Assembly (NCBI GenBank): GCA_043228905.1
Contig: JBHGNT010000021.1
Span: forward strand, 9,300,001-9,364,000
Direction of reading: 5' to 3'
DNA length: 64,000 bases
Origin: Azolla caroliniana
Taxonomy: Eukaryota; Plantae; Polypodiophyta
Part shown: in pieces, positions 12,480 to 23,620 of the stretch
Position numbering within the stretch: the first letter of the stretch is position 1
How the letters are laid out: every line of letters begins with the position of its first letter
Translations under genes and position numbers: made by a program
The notes under the pieces: model-generated
The model's input: only the letters and a program-made list of their open reading frames with translations
Told to the model about the DNA's origin: nothing
The model's database searches: none

Positions 12480-12943
12480 TGTTACTGGCTGGGAAGAAGG
12501 CTTAACGAGGTCCAAACCAGAGTGTGAAAAGGAATAGTTTATTCGGGAATTGTTGTATTTAGTAGTCTTAATATATATATATTAATATATAAGAAGAAGT
12601 GGACGGACGGACCGGAATCGGTATGCTGATCCGGATCCGGACTGATCCCGAAAAGGTGTCGGTTTGGCACCGTTTTGTATTTCGCACCAGAGACCTATAT
12701 AAAGGCCTGGTTACAATGTAATCGAGAGCGGATAATTAATAGAACTTATTGCCTTAATCTTTCAGTGTTGATTACCGTTCTGTGCTTATTGTATATCTTA
12801 CGCGTGTTAATGATGTATTGTTAAGTAATCGATTAAGGTCTAATTAAGCGTTGTGTTGTAAGTCATTCTGCCGTACCACCCTTTGGTGAAGTGTCTTAAG
12901 TGGACACCCTGTGTTAGGCTGTTGTCCGGCCCTAGGAGTAACA
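12480..12943 (+). repeat. 3' LTR of gypsy element
   Basis: Direct repeat of 2853-3313. Confidence 0.92.
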
Positions 12944-13297
12944 CAGTTTTCCATCTCCTATTCATAGTTATGACACAACGATCTTCTAATCGTCATATCT
13001 CCCTTATCCAAGTTGCAACTTTAGAGCTTTAAAAAGCTACGATAGCTCTCTTCATAAGCTTTCCAACCCATATTTGAACATGATATTTGACTTCCAAATG
13101 AATGAGTTATGAGCGTTCGTTGTAGACTGTGTTTTGGTGGCCCACTTTTTTCTTCTTTTACTTTTCTCCATCTTTCTTGCTTTTAGTTCAACTTATCCTC
13201 CAAACCTTAGCTCATGTTCTTGGCCTCCGGATGTGAATGCTCCATACGTTATATTTTTGTAGTGTCCAATACCTTGAATTCTAAAATCACTTTCACA

Positions 13298-14376
13298 CAT
13301 AGCAACATCGGAGGAAGCAAAAGAAGCCATATGGTTGCACTAATTGTCAACTGATTTCTCGGCAGCAAAACGAATCGAGCATCCAACGCCGACCATCTAT
13401 TGTGACTCATAGAGCACAATACACCTCATTTGAAATCCAATATATCATACGAAGACGAAACATATTGAGGTGCGGTTTCATCATATCCGTGAGCTCGTAA
13501 CGGAGAAGAAGCTCGAAGTCCAGAAGATCGACATTGTGAATGTTGTTGATTGCTTGACGAAGCCATGTCCAAATCAACGCTTCAGAACACTAAGAACAAT
13601 GATGGGACTATGACAAACAACCGTGGAGAAAGAAGTTTAACGAACTACAGCAAAAGGGAAGTCGAAGACCAACCCAACCGGACAAACAACGAGGGCAAAA
13701 TCCAAAGAATCGGAAGACGCAACACTGAGAAAAGATGTCGATTGGAACAAAGATGATCAACAAGTGAGCAAAGCCAAAGATAGATCAAAGATCCAACAGG
13801 GAGCTCGGAAGTAAGCAAGAAGCAGACGATCGACCAAGGGCCAAGAGTCAAAGTCAAACTTAATTTGATCTGACCTAACAAGCCAATTCGGAAGTAAATC
13901 TACCCAAATGACTCGATCTGACCTACTCAGACCTTCTAACCCGAACAACATAGGCTAGACACTCACATTCACCTCTGCCAATTCAGCCGAATGCCAAAAG
14001 AATTGTATGTATACTTGTAACTATAGATTAGAATTGTAATCTAGGTTCACGGGGGAGAGAACCCAAATGATTTGTATACATAGGAAAGAGTAGCCCTTTT
14101 ACGGGGGAGTTTGTTGGCATAAAAGGCCGACTCCTTCCACTTTGTATCCTTAGTGTGAACACATTCTTTAGTTAGTGCTTGAGTATAGAAGCTCAAACCT
14201 AACCTTCTAACGAGGGATCATCTTGAGTCTTGGAGTGTAAGAGTTATAGAGAGAAAATAATAAGAACTTCCATTGAAGCTTGAAATTGTGTCTACCTTCT
14301 GTTTCCTTTCTTGTTGCATATCTGTATTGTTTGTCGTATATCTCACTTATAGGTCCTCATATTCATAACACTAACA
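13298..14376 (+). mobile_element. 3' remnant of a Ty1/copia element (RNase H, PPT, probable 3' LTR 14112-14376)
   Basis: Translates to EAKEAIWL...IYCDS..IHL..NPIYHTKTKHIEVRFHHIRELV...DCLTK. PPT ACGGGGGAG is followed by TGTTGGC...CTAACA. Confidence 0.75.
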
Positions 14377-14953
14377 ACACCCGTGTCACTCTAGAGTCCA
14401 GTCTCCCTTCGACGATCGGCCACTGAATTAGTTCGCCTTTGTCCAAACCACCGCTGCACCGAACACTCTCCGTCAAGGAGAGGACGCCTGAACCACCGAG
14501 AAGGCCGCCACTGGAATGTTGAAAAAACCTCCTTTGTAGAAGACCCCAAACCAAACCCCTAACTTAACCAAGAAGAAGGTAAAACCCAAACCCCCAAACT
14601 CATGATGACCACATGAAAAAACCCTAAAGTGTCCCACTAAGAGAACAAGATAGAAGAAAATTGAAACCCTAAAGCCGAAGTAGAGGGAAGAAGAAACCTA
14701 GAACAAGAAACCCTAACCAAGAAGAGAGGGAAGAACCAAATGAAACCCTAAACCTCCACTCAAAGAAAATCCCCCAAAGAAAGAAAGAAGAAGAAGAAGA
14801 AGAATAAGGAAAGAAAACCCTAGATCTAAGTGGTACACTCTCCTATCTCAAAATGGGCGACCACTTTATGGTGCCCCCTCACCCCTTTTTATAGTAGAAA
14901 GGGGTGAGACTTATTACAAAATGAGAGGTCAAATATTCCTCTCTTTTTCAGAG

Positions 14954-15268
14954 AGGAATATTTGCCTTGATTTTAGGAGAAGGGATTGATGGGGTGCCTT
15001 AAATCCCTCTTCTCTCATTTTCAAACACACACCACCATGCCCGCTACTTATTACACCCAGGAATATTTGCCTTGATTTTAGGAGAAGAGATTGATGGGGT
15101 GCCTTAAATCCCTCTTCTCTCATTTTCAAACACACACCACCATGCCTGCTACTTATTACACCCAGGAATATTTGCCTTGATTTTAGGAGAAGAGATTGAT
15201 GGAGTGCCTTAAATCCCTCTTCTCTCATTTTCAAACACACACCACCATGCCCGCTACTTATTACACCC
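14954..15268. repeat. Tandem repeat, 3 x 105 bp
   Basis: Unit AGGAATATTTGCCTTGATTTTAGG...TTATTACACCC starts at 14954, 15059 and 15164. Confidence 0.9.
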
Positions 15269-16140
15269 TTACTTCCATGCACTCTCCTTTCACTACGTGC
15301 GTTGTCGTGATGTTGCGTGTCTAATGGGAGAAATTGTGAAATAGTGTGGTTTCACGCACATTACACAAACGATTATAAATATGAAAATTACCCTAGGGTC
15401 TATTGGCATTCGAGTGCATATAGAGGGGTACAAGCATGATTTGAACCTTGCACCTCTAAGATAGGAGACATTTATCTTACCATTAGGGCTACTACCAAGT
15501 ACTTTAAATGTTGTCTATTTCTATTCATATTCAAAAGGCATAGGAAAACAACCGTACAAAACTGTGTGCACAAAACCATGTTCCAAGCCCATGATTTTGT
15601 GCATGATAGAAGCATGGATAGACCTATAAAAACCCTCTTAAGGCTTGTGTAAGGGGGGGTCAATTTGGAGATCATCATCATCAACAACAACAATAATATA
15701 ATAGTCTTCTTATTCTTCTTCTTGACATCTATCTTCTTCTCAAGTGTAAAATCTTCGATTTTCTCAAGTGTAATAGTGTTTCCTTTTCCTTGACTCCTAC
15801 ATACACATCGTCATTGTTTTGACAATTTCGCGAACGTCCTTCCCGGTTCGAGACCCTAGCGAAGCACGCATGCACGCACATCTTAGCGACAACACATGTG
15901 CACCTAAGTGCCAATCACACTTACAAGCCACAAGCCCTTTGGTGCACTTTAGCACCTTACATTTTATATTTCTCTTACAATATTGCTTTTATTCTTATTT
16001 ACATTTTTCTGATGTGCATGTGCAAACTGTGCACATTCTCGATTTGTCCGCTCCACATGATTTTCTCGCCGTTGCCGAAAATCTTCACAACAACGTAATA
16101 CCAAACATAAACCAATCAATGATGTAAACGAGATACATAA

Positions 16141-16395
16141 TCGAGGCATATAGCCTCTACGCACACGCGACATTTAAAAAAACAAGAGTGAATGTAATAC
16201 GCAATCGAGGTATTGACCTCTTACGCATACAACACAGTTCGCATATCCACTATATAACACTTGAGGTATTGACCTCATACACATACATAACATATGTAAG
16301 TGAACGTAATACGCAATCGAGGTATTGACCTCTTACGCATATGACAAAAATCATATATCAAATACATGGCAATTGAGGTATTGGCCTCATACGCA
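16141..16395. repeat. Array of five short palindromic motifs (GAGGTATTGACCTC-type) spaced ~56-65 bp
   Basis: Copies near 16143, 16207, 16263, 16319 and 16375. Confidence 0.7.
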
Positions 16396-17420
16396 TACAT
16401 ATGTACATTTTATACAACCAAACTATTACTACTACAACATATTTTAATGATTGAAATTATTACGTATCGACTAAAACATTAGAATGGGAGATGAAAGAAT
16501 ATATAAAAATAATAATAAAGGAAAATACCGAAGTTCCTTTGTTGGTGTGTATCTAGATCCACCTCGAACAAATGTCAATCAATCATCATCTAACAAAAGA
16601 AACATTAAGAAAAGTGCTCGGATAATGTAAGCGTATGATAAGGAAATATAAGATAAGAAAATAGAGAAGAGAGAGAAAGAAGGGCATTGAGCCACCCGAC
16701 CACCCCCGACCGAAGGGATCAAGATGGAATCGAGCCTAGAGCGGCGTCCCATACCACCGTCGTGGCATCAAGTCGTACTTGGTATTGGGGCGCTTGCTAC
16801 AATAGTTGATCACCACAAGAGTAGAGTCTCGACATAGTCGATAATGTGTTAATGAGGGTAGCTCGCCCTCATAATTATAGCTAGACCTAAGGCCCCCAGG
16901 CAAGTTCACACTTGGCCCTTATGGGTTGTCCCAATTCTTAGGATTAAAAGTAATCCTCCCTTCTTTACACTCTTGTTTAACTCTCACACTTTATCCATGT
17001 GTATAGAATACTACGGTACAATCTTACCACGACATATTATATGCTCATGCCCGTAACTGACCATGTATTCACCTATGGAGGCGGAGCAATATCATGGAGG
17101 TCATAGCTCCAAGAATGTACGACACTCTCCAAAACAAAGGTCGAGTACAATGCCACGTCTCAGGTGTTGGGATATCGGTCCCTCCGGATGGGATGAACAA
17201 GGCTCGGCAAGACCCGGCATCCGCCGGATGATGCAGGCCCGATGAGGAGTGCTCACCAGATGAAGGGACATATTCATAAATGTGTTCCTAAGAGCCCATT
17301 GGGGCTATATTTGTAAATAGCCGAATAGTCATATCAGTATAAATATGACTTAGGGCAAACCTTTGTTGTAGAGTTGGTTGTGTAATTATCGTTGTGGTGA
17401 TAATTCAGTGCGTAACTGTG

Positions 17421-17462
<42 letters not shown>

Positions 17463-18254
17463 GAGGTTGTTGCCTCTGTTGTAACCACTTGGTAGCGAAG
17501 TGAGGGAGCAAGACGTCCTGGCCTTTGTGCCCCATTGTTGTAATCTTGATATAGTGATATTTTGTAGTCTGAGGGTTGCCGTGGTTTTTCCCATAAGTGG
17601 GTTTTCCACGTTAACATCTAGTGCACTCTCTTCTTTACTGTTTTGTGTGTAGTTACACCTCTCCACATCCCTGTTTTCTGTGATTGATCCGACGTCTCGG
17701 TTGTGACCGAGCATAGTCGGAGACAAGTATCCTATCAATCTGGTATCAGAGCGAAAACACAAAAAATGGAAGGAGGCGGGAGTGGACTCCCGGGAATGAT
17801 GGTTCTTTACTCGCAGAACTATGCCGACTGGAAGATCAAGATGGAAGACCTTCTCATCGTAAAAGACCTGTATGAACCGATCGATAGAGCTGAAATACCG
17901 AAAGGGGTAGTGGAGTCGGAGTGGAAGCTTTTGAACAGAAAGGTTGTGGCCACCATTCGACAATGCGTCGACGTAAGTGTCCTTCAGCACGTGGCGAACG
18001 ACACGAATGCCCACGAGATGTGGCAGAAGCTGTCGGGTCTATATGAGAGGAAGAATGCTCTGAACAAAATCTCGTTGATGAGGAAAATTGTGAACCTGAA
18101 GTACCGGGACGACGAGAGTATGGCAGAACACGTCAGCACATTTATGGGGTATGTAAATCAACTTGCGGCGATCACGTTCCCCTTGGATTATGCGATGCAG
18201 GCAATCATGCTAATGTGTACCTTGCCAGAAAGTTGGGAGAACTTGATGGTTACT

Positions 18255-18538
18255 TGTCGAATACCTGTGTATAATGGACGTATTCACACCATCCCGTTTT
18301 GGCCATTTATGTAATTAGCATAAAGGGCAGTTGCCCTAAGTCGGTCACTATATATAGTGACCTTGTAACCTCTTTGTGAGGTTGGTTGTTGTATTATTTG
18401 CTTTATGAAATAAAGACTCTTTTGTGCCTCTCTCTCTCTCTCTCTCTCTGTGCAACGACCTACATTCTGTCATACGCAGGGAATAAACAGGAATCGAGTG
18501 CTTCTTGATCTTCCGCACTGACGACATTGCTTCCAACA
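18255..18538 (+). repeat. 5' LTR of young copia
   Basis: TGTCGAATA...TTCCAACA, identical to 23337-23620. Confidence 0.97.
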
Positions 18539-19129
18539 TCTGGTATCAGAGCTTGCACAGTAGTCGGTCCTTCAATCCGCTGTCGGCCGTCGTCTCTGCA
18601 TTCGGTTTCCTGCGTCATTCGAAGAAAGAGAGAAGAAGAACAAAAACGAGGTTTGCACCTCATCGCGTTAGATCCCCTTGCTTGGAGTAAGCCAGCAGGT
18701 TGTACTCTGTCCCTTGTGATCGTAACCGCTCGAGGTGAAATCCCCTTGTGCAACCTTGACAACAACCCAAATTCGTGCTTCATCTGGCTGATCGACATTC
18801 GGGAGGATCAGTCGGATCCGTCTCTCTCATCGCTGCAGTCAACCGAAGCAGAATCGGTCCCGATAATCGGTTTCAATAATCGGTATTCGGCATATATATC
18901 CGAAGCGAACCAGGCTCACTCCGACTCGGCGACATTCGGGAAGACCAGTCGGTTCTGTCCCTCAAGTTACCGGAATCAATTCGAGCAAGTTCAACAATAC
19001 ATATATCCGAAGCCGAACCGACTCGGGTTCAAATCCGACTAGAACGATATCGGGTGAGCCAACCGGCTGCACTCCAACAAGGTTCCCAGTCAACTCCGAA
19101 CCGAGCTTCGTCAACCAAAACCGAATTTG

Positions 19130-22100
19130 ATGGCATCAACATCCGGCTCGTCAGAAATGAGTCTACGAAAGTTCGATGGATCGAACTTCAACTTCTGGAA
19201 GGAACAAATGCAGGACTATCTCATAGTCAAGGGACAAATCGATCCCATCGAAAATGAAGAACCTCCAGAAGGATACAAACCAATGGAGTGGCAGAAGCTG
19301 GACAGAATCGTCCGCGCCACGATTCGGATGCACCTATCGGAATCGGTATACTTTACGGTGCAATCGTGTACGACAGCATTCGAACTGTGGAAAACACTGT
19401 CGGACACTTACGAAAAGAAGGTCGCCGCAACGAAGATGTTTCTGATCCGGCGCCTCTACAACTTGCGGATGAAAGAATCCGATTCGGTTCAAGCACACCT
19501 CAATGAGTACGAAAGCATAAGCTCCCAAATCTCGTCACAGGGGACGGCAATCGAGGATGAACTCAGAGCAATGATACTCATGAGCAGCCTTCCCTCATCA
19601 TGGGAAACTTTCGTCACAACCGTGTGCAACGCGTCAACCACGGCTGTTAAATACTCCGAAGTCACGAGCACAATCCTGACCGAAGCAGCTCGGAGAAAGT
19701 CTTTCGCCAAAGACTCAACAGACGACGCTTACGTAGTACAAGGTTCGACAGACCGATCGAACATACGAGGAAGAGATTCCTCACGACCGCCGAACAATCA
19801 GCGAAGACGGAGCCAGTCACGGGATAACCGAATCTGCAACTATTGCAAGAAACCCGGACACATCAAAGCCGACTGCCGCGCACTCAAGAACAAGAACAAC
19901 AAGAAGAGTGGCCGGCATGAGGAGATCAATTACGTCAGCTCCTCAGCTGATGTACTACCGGACGACCCGAATATACTATCAATCGAAAATCCAGTCGGAT
20001 CAGAAGTTCTGCTCACGACTGAAGAATCGAGCACATGGCTCTTGGATTCGGGCGCGTCATTTCATGTGACTCCTCATCGGTCCCAATTTCGGCAATATAC
20101 GATCCGTCACTCCGACTCAGTTCGGGTCGGCAACTCACAACACTGTGACATCATCGGAATCGGCACAGTAGAGCTCAACCTTGCAGGTGGCTCTACACTT
20201 GTACTCCACAATGTCCGACATGTACCCGAGCTCTCAAGGCCATTGATCTCAGTCGGACAACTAGATGAAGACGGCATTCGTGCCGGTTTTTCTTCGGGAG
20301 GGTGGACACTCCACAGGGGGAACCTCTTGCTTGCTAGAGGACCCAAGATACACTCCCTGTATCCGTTACATGTTACGCTCAGAGAGGGTAACCTGTTTTT
20401 GGTGGATATTCCTGTGTCATCACTATGGCACAGAAGATTAGGACACCTCAGCAAGGCCGGCATCACGCACCTATCTAGAGCCGGATACATCCCCAAACTC
20501 TCCTTCTCCGACCATCAATTTTGCGAGCATTGCCAGTATGGCAAACAAGCAGCCGGATCACACCCGACATCAGCACCAAGAGAAACGAGACCTCTCGATT
20601 TAGTCCATTCGGACGTCTGTGGCCCAATGCCGCATCAGTCTCTAGGCGGTGCCTCTTACTTCGTCACTTTCATTGACGATTCGACTCGAAAGGTGTGGGC
20701 TTATCCGATTCGCACCAAAGATCGGGTCTTCTCGATCTTCTCAGATTGGCTCGCTATGGTAGAAAATCAAACCGACCGAAAGCTGAAATGCCTTCGGACC
20801 GACAATGGGGGAGAGTTCAAATCCGAAGAATTCGTCAAATTCTGCCGACAACGCGGCATCCGACGTGAATTTACGGCACCACACAGTCCGGAGCAAAACG
20901 GGATTGCAGAACGAATGAATCGGACAATCCAAGAACGGATAGTTTCCATGCTCCAACACTCCCGACTGTCGGATGGCTTCTGGGCAGAGGCTCTACTCAC
21001 GGCAGTACACATAATCAATATGTCGCCAAGTAGACCTCTAGGACTTCAAATTCCTCAGGAACTATGGATCGGCAGCAAGCCGAATTACGACAAGCTGAGG
21101 ATCTTCGGATGCGAGGCGTACGCCCTTATTCCGAAAGATGATCGCCGAAAACTTGCACCTCGGTCCAGGAAATGCATTTTCCTTGGATATGGATCAGACG
21201 GCGAAATGGGATACCGACTCTGGGACCCCGAACGCAGACAAATCGTTCGAAGTTCGGACGTTGTGTTCAACGAGTCGGCTATGAATCCATCAGTCGAAAA
21301 ACCGATCGAAGTCCGAAGGGTAACATTCTCCGATGTGCCGACCCTTCAAGAAGGCCCCGCTCTCAACACACGGTCAGCTTCACGGGTAGCTGAACCTTAT
21401 ACTACCGACTCGGACAACTCTGACTCGGCACAGCCGAATGTTTCGGTTTCGGACCATCCGACCTCGATACCCGATGCGACCAGTCCAATCATACCTCGAC
21501 GATCCGAGAGACTGTCGCAACCTCCGGAGAGGTATTCTCCTGGAATTTTCTTCACCGACGCCGGCGAACCGACGTCTTACGAAGAAGCATCGACATCTGT
21601 CGATTCGGCCACCTGGCATCTGGCGATGGAGTCGGAAATGCACTCCATCCGGGCAAACAAGACTTGGGATCTGGTCGAATTACCTAGGAACCGACGTGCT
21701 CTTCCTTGCAAGTGGGTTTATCGACTAAAAGAGACGTCTGATTCGACCACCCCAAAGTACAAGGCCAGATTAGTTGCGAAGGGCTTCCGACAAGAATATG
21801 GCGTCGACTTCGACGAGATTTTTTCACCAGTGGTGAAAATGACAACCCTTCGTTTTCTGCTCGGCGTCGTGGCAGCCGACAACTTGGAGCTGATTCAGCT
21901 AGATGTCAAAACAGCCTTCCTCCATGGTGATCTCGAGGAGGAAATTTATATGGAGCAGCCAAAAGGCTTCGTGGCAACTGGCCAAGAACATCTAGTCTGC
22001 CGACTCAGGAAGAGTCTATACGGCCTCAAACAGGCACCGCGACAATGGTACAAGAAGTTCGACGACTTCATCCAATCGATCGGCTTCTCCAAAAGCGATG

Positions 22101-23143
22101 AGGACCATTGTCTCTTCACCAATACAGCTCAAGATGGATCACCCATCTTCCTCATCATTTACGTGGACGACATGCTAATTTCTGGACGCCACGCGGGCGA
22201 ACTTGCCGATCTCGTTCGGCAACTGCGGTTGAAGTTTGCCATGAAGGACCTCGGTCCGGCACGACACATCCTTGGCATGAAGATTAGTCGGCATCGCGAT
22301 AAACGACATCTGTTTTTGTCTCAGACCGACTATATCGGACGTGTCTTGGAACGCTTCAACATGCAATCAGCCAAATCTGCTTCAACCCCACTCCCTATGA
22401 ATCTTCGGCTCTCTCAGCGAGACTGCCCGACATCCGGTTCGGAGGGGGAAGATATGAAGTCGGTACCGTATGCACCGGCAGTCGGCTCCCTTATGTACCT
22501 GATGGTCGCGACACGGCCTGACATCTCTCATGCCGTAGGAGTCGTTAGCAGATTTATGCACAATCCTGGCCGATCGCATTGGAACGCAGTCAAGCATGTG
22601 TTCAGATATCTGGCTGGCACAAAAGATCACGGCATTCTTTTCGGTCCGAACCGAACCTCAGGCGTAGTCGGTTACACCGACTCGGACTTCGCCGGCTGTA
22701 TAGACAGTCGGAAATCAACAACCGGATACTGCTTCAAATTCGGCAATGGAGCAATCTCGTGGAAGTCGAAACTTCAGGAGTGCACAGCGACCTCAACGAC
22801 CGAAGCAGAATATGTAGCTGCGTCCGACGCAGCAAAAGAAGCTTTGTGGCTCGGTCGGCTGGCGCACACGTTTCGACAAGTCGAACATGACTCGGCTCCA
22901 GTTGTCTACAGCGACAGTCAAGGTGCTGTTGCCTTGTCGAAAAATCCGGTTCACCACAACGCCTCCAAACATATCGATGTTCGATATCACTTCGTTCGGG
23001 ACTGCGTCATTTCAGGGAAAATCGGTCTAGAGAAAATATCCACAACCGACAATGTCGCAGATGGAATGACCAAGTGTCTTTCGGCAGACCGTTTTCGGTC
23101 TCTTCGGCATCAGATGGGCGTAACGACAAACCAGTCCGGTTAG
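19130..23143 (+). CDS. Copia gag-pol polyprotein (~1337 aa)
   Basis: Gag FDGSNFNFWK, knuckle CNYCKKPGHIKADC, protease WLLDSGASFH, GAG-pre-integrase LWHRRLGH, integrase HSDVCGP/LRTDNGGE/NGIAER, RT YKARLVAKGF/LDVKTAFLHG/YVDDM, RNase H YTDSDFAG/STTEAEY/KHIDVRYHF. First ATG is at 19130. Confidence 0.97.
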   Translation: MASTSGSSEMSLRKFDGSNFNFWKEQMQDYLIVKGQIDPIENEEPPEGYKPMEWQKLDRIVRATIRMHLSESVYFTVQSCTTAFELWKTLSDTYEKKVAATKMFLIRRLYNLRMKESDSVQAHLNEYESISSQISSQGTAIEDELRAMILMSSLPSSWETFVTTVCNASTTAVKYSEVTSTILTEAARRKSFAKDSTDDAYVVQGSTDRSNIRGRDSSRPPNNQRRRSQSRDNRICNYCKKPGHIKADCRALKNKNNKKSGRHEEINYVSSSADVLPDDPNILSIENPVGSEVLLTTEESSTWLLDSGASFHVTPHRSQFRQYTIRHSDSVRVGNSQHCDIIGIGTVELNLAGGSTLVLHNVRHVPELSRPLISVGQLDEDGIRAGFSSGGWTLHRGNLLLARGPKIHSLYPLHVTLREGNLFLVDIPVSSLWHRRLGHLSKAGITHLSRAGYIPKLSFSDHQFCEHCQYGKQAAGSHPTSAPRETRPLDLVHSDVCGPMPHQSLGGASYFVTFIDDSTRKVWAYPIRTKDRVFSIFSDWLAMVENQTDRKLKCLRTDNGGEFKSEEFVKFCRQRGIRREFTAPHSPEQNGIAERMNRTIQERIVSMLQHSRLSDGFWAEALLTAVHIINMSPSRPLGLQIPQELWIGSKPNYDKLRIFGCEAYALIPKDDRRKLAPRSRKCIFLGYGSDGEMGYRLWDPERRQIVRSSDVVFNESAMNPSVEKPIEVRRVTFSDVPTLQEGPALNTRSASRVAEPYTTDSDNSDSAQPNVSVSDHPTSIPDATSPIIPRRSERLSQPPERYSPGIFFTDAGEPTSYEEASTSVDSATWHLAMESEMHSIRANKTWDLVELPRNRRALPCKWVYRLKETSDSTTPKYKARLVAKGFRQEYGVDFDEIFSPVVKMTTLRFLLGVVAADNLELIQLDVKTAFLHGDLEEEIYMEQPKGFVATGQEHLVCRLRKSLYGLKQAPRQWYKKFDDFIQSIGFSKSDEDHCLFTNTAQDGSPIFLIIYVDDMLISGRHAGELADLVRQLRLKFAMKDLGPARHILGMKISRHRDKRHLFLSQTDYIGRVLERFNMQSAKSASTPLPMNLRLSQRDCPTSGSEGEDMKSVPYAPAVGSLMYLMVATRPDISHAVGVVSRFMHNPGRSHWNAVKHVFRYLAGTKDHGILFGPNRTSGVVGYTDSDFAGCIDSRKSTTGYCFKFGNGAISWKSKLQECTATSTTEAEYVAASDAAKEALWLGRLAHTFRQVEHDSAPVVYSDSQGAVALSKNPVHHNASKHIDVRYHFVRDCVISGKIGLEKISTTDNVADGMTKCLSADRFRSLRHQMGVTTNQSG

Positions 23144-23336
23144 AGCCGGACACAGAGCAGGATGGTTCCCGACAACCGACATCAGTTCCTTAATGATCGG
23201 CTTCAACTGTTCCGACCCGACCAGTTCGGTCTTCTGCCTTCGGACCCTGCCGACTCGAACAAAGCTGATATGTCCGAGAACCTAAGTCTATACCTGTAAC
23301 CTTAGATAACCCATGTATACGCCCATTACGGGGGAG

Positions 23337-23620
23337 TGTCGAATACCTGTGTATAATGGACGTATTCACACCATCCCGTTTTGGCCATTTATGTAATTAG
23401 CATAAAGGGCAGTTGCCCTAAGTCGGTCACTATATATAGTGACCTTGTAACCTCTTTGTGAGGTTGGTTGTTGTATTATTTGCTTTATGAAATAAAGACT
23501 CTTTTGTGCCTCTCTCTCTCTCTCTCTCTCTGTGCAACGACCTACATTCTGTCATACGCAGGGAATAAACAGGAATCGAGTGCTTCTTGATCTTCCGCAC
23601 TGACGACATTGCTTCCAACA
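23337..23620 (+). repeat. 3' LTR of young copia
   Basis: Identical to 18255-18538 and followed by TSD TTACT. Confidence 0.97.

Larger units (their letters stand above)
2853..12943 (+). mobile_element. Full-length decayed Ty3/gypsy LTR retrotransposon (non-chromovirus, Athila/OTA-like) with an extra 3' ORF
   Basis: Two ~460-bp direct LTRs (TGTTAC...GTAACA), PBS TGGCGACCACG and domain order gag-PR-RT-RH-IN. Flanks AAGTT/CAGTT form an imperfect TSD, and removal restores the host LTR seen intact at ~185-205. Confidence 0.95.
1..13297 (-). mobile_element. Non-autonomous Ty3/gypsy-derived LTR element. Its 3' LTR runs off the window start and its 5' LTR is split by a nested gypsy element.
   Basis: LTR copy 1-546 matches 2562-2852 plus 12944-13297. 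Minus-strand termini are TGTGAAAG...CTATCA, with a PBS at 2541-2557 and a PPT at 552-569. The internal region is only ~2 kb, with gag and RT remnants. Confidence 0.85.
18255..23620 (+). mobile_element. Intact, very young Ty1/copia LTR retrotransposon (Tnt1/Tork-like)
   Basis: 284-bp LTRs (18255-18538, 23337-23620) appear identical. Perfect 5-bp TSD TTACT, PBS TGGTATCAGAGC at 18541-18552 (tRNA-iMet), PPT ACGGGGGAG at 23328-23336, and a single intact ORF. Confidence 0.98.

Noticed and set aside
14929-15282. 117-aa repetitive ORF
   Set aside because: A by-product of the 105-bp tandem repeat.
15841-15860. GGTTCGAGACC B-box, possible tRNA or SINE
   Set aside because: No A-box, cloverleaf or tail could be identified.
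16141-16395. CRISPR-like palindromic repeats
   Set aside because: The repeats are only ~14-16 nt, the spacers are related to each other, and there are no cas genes.
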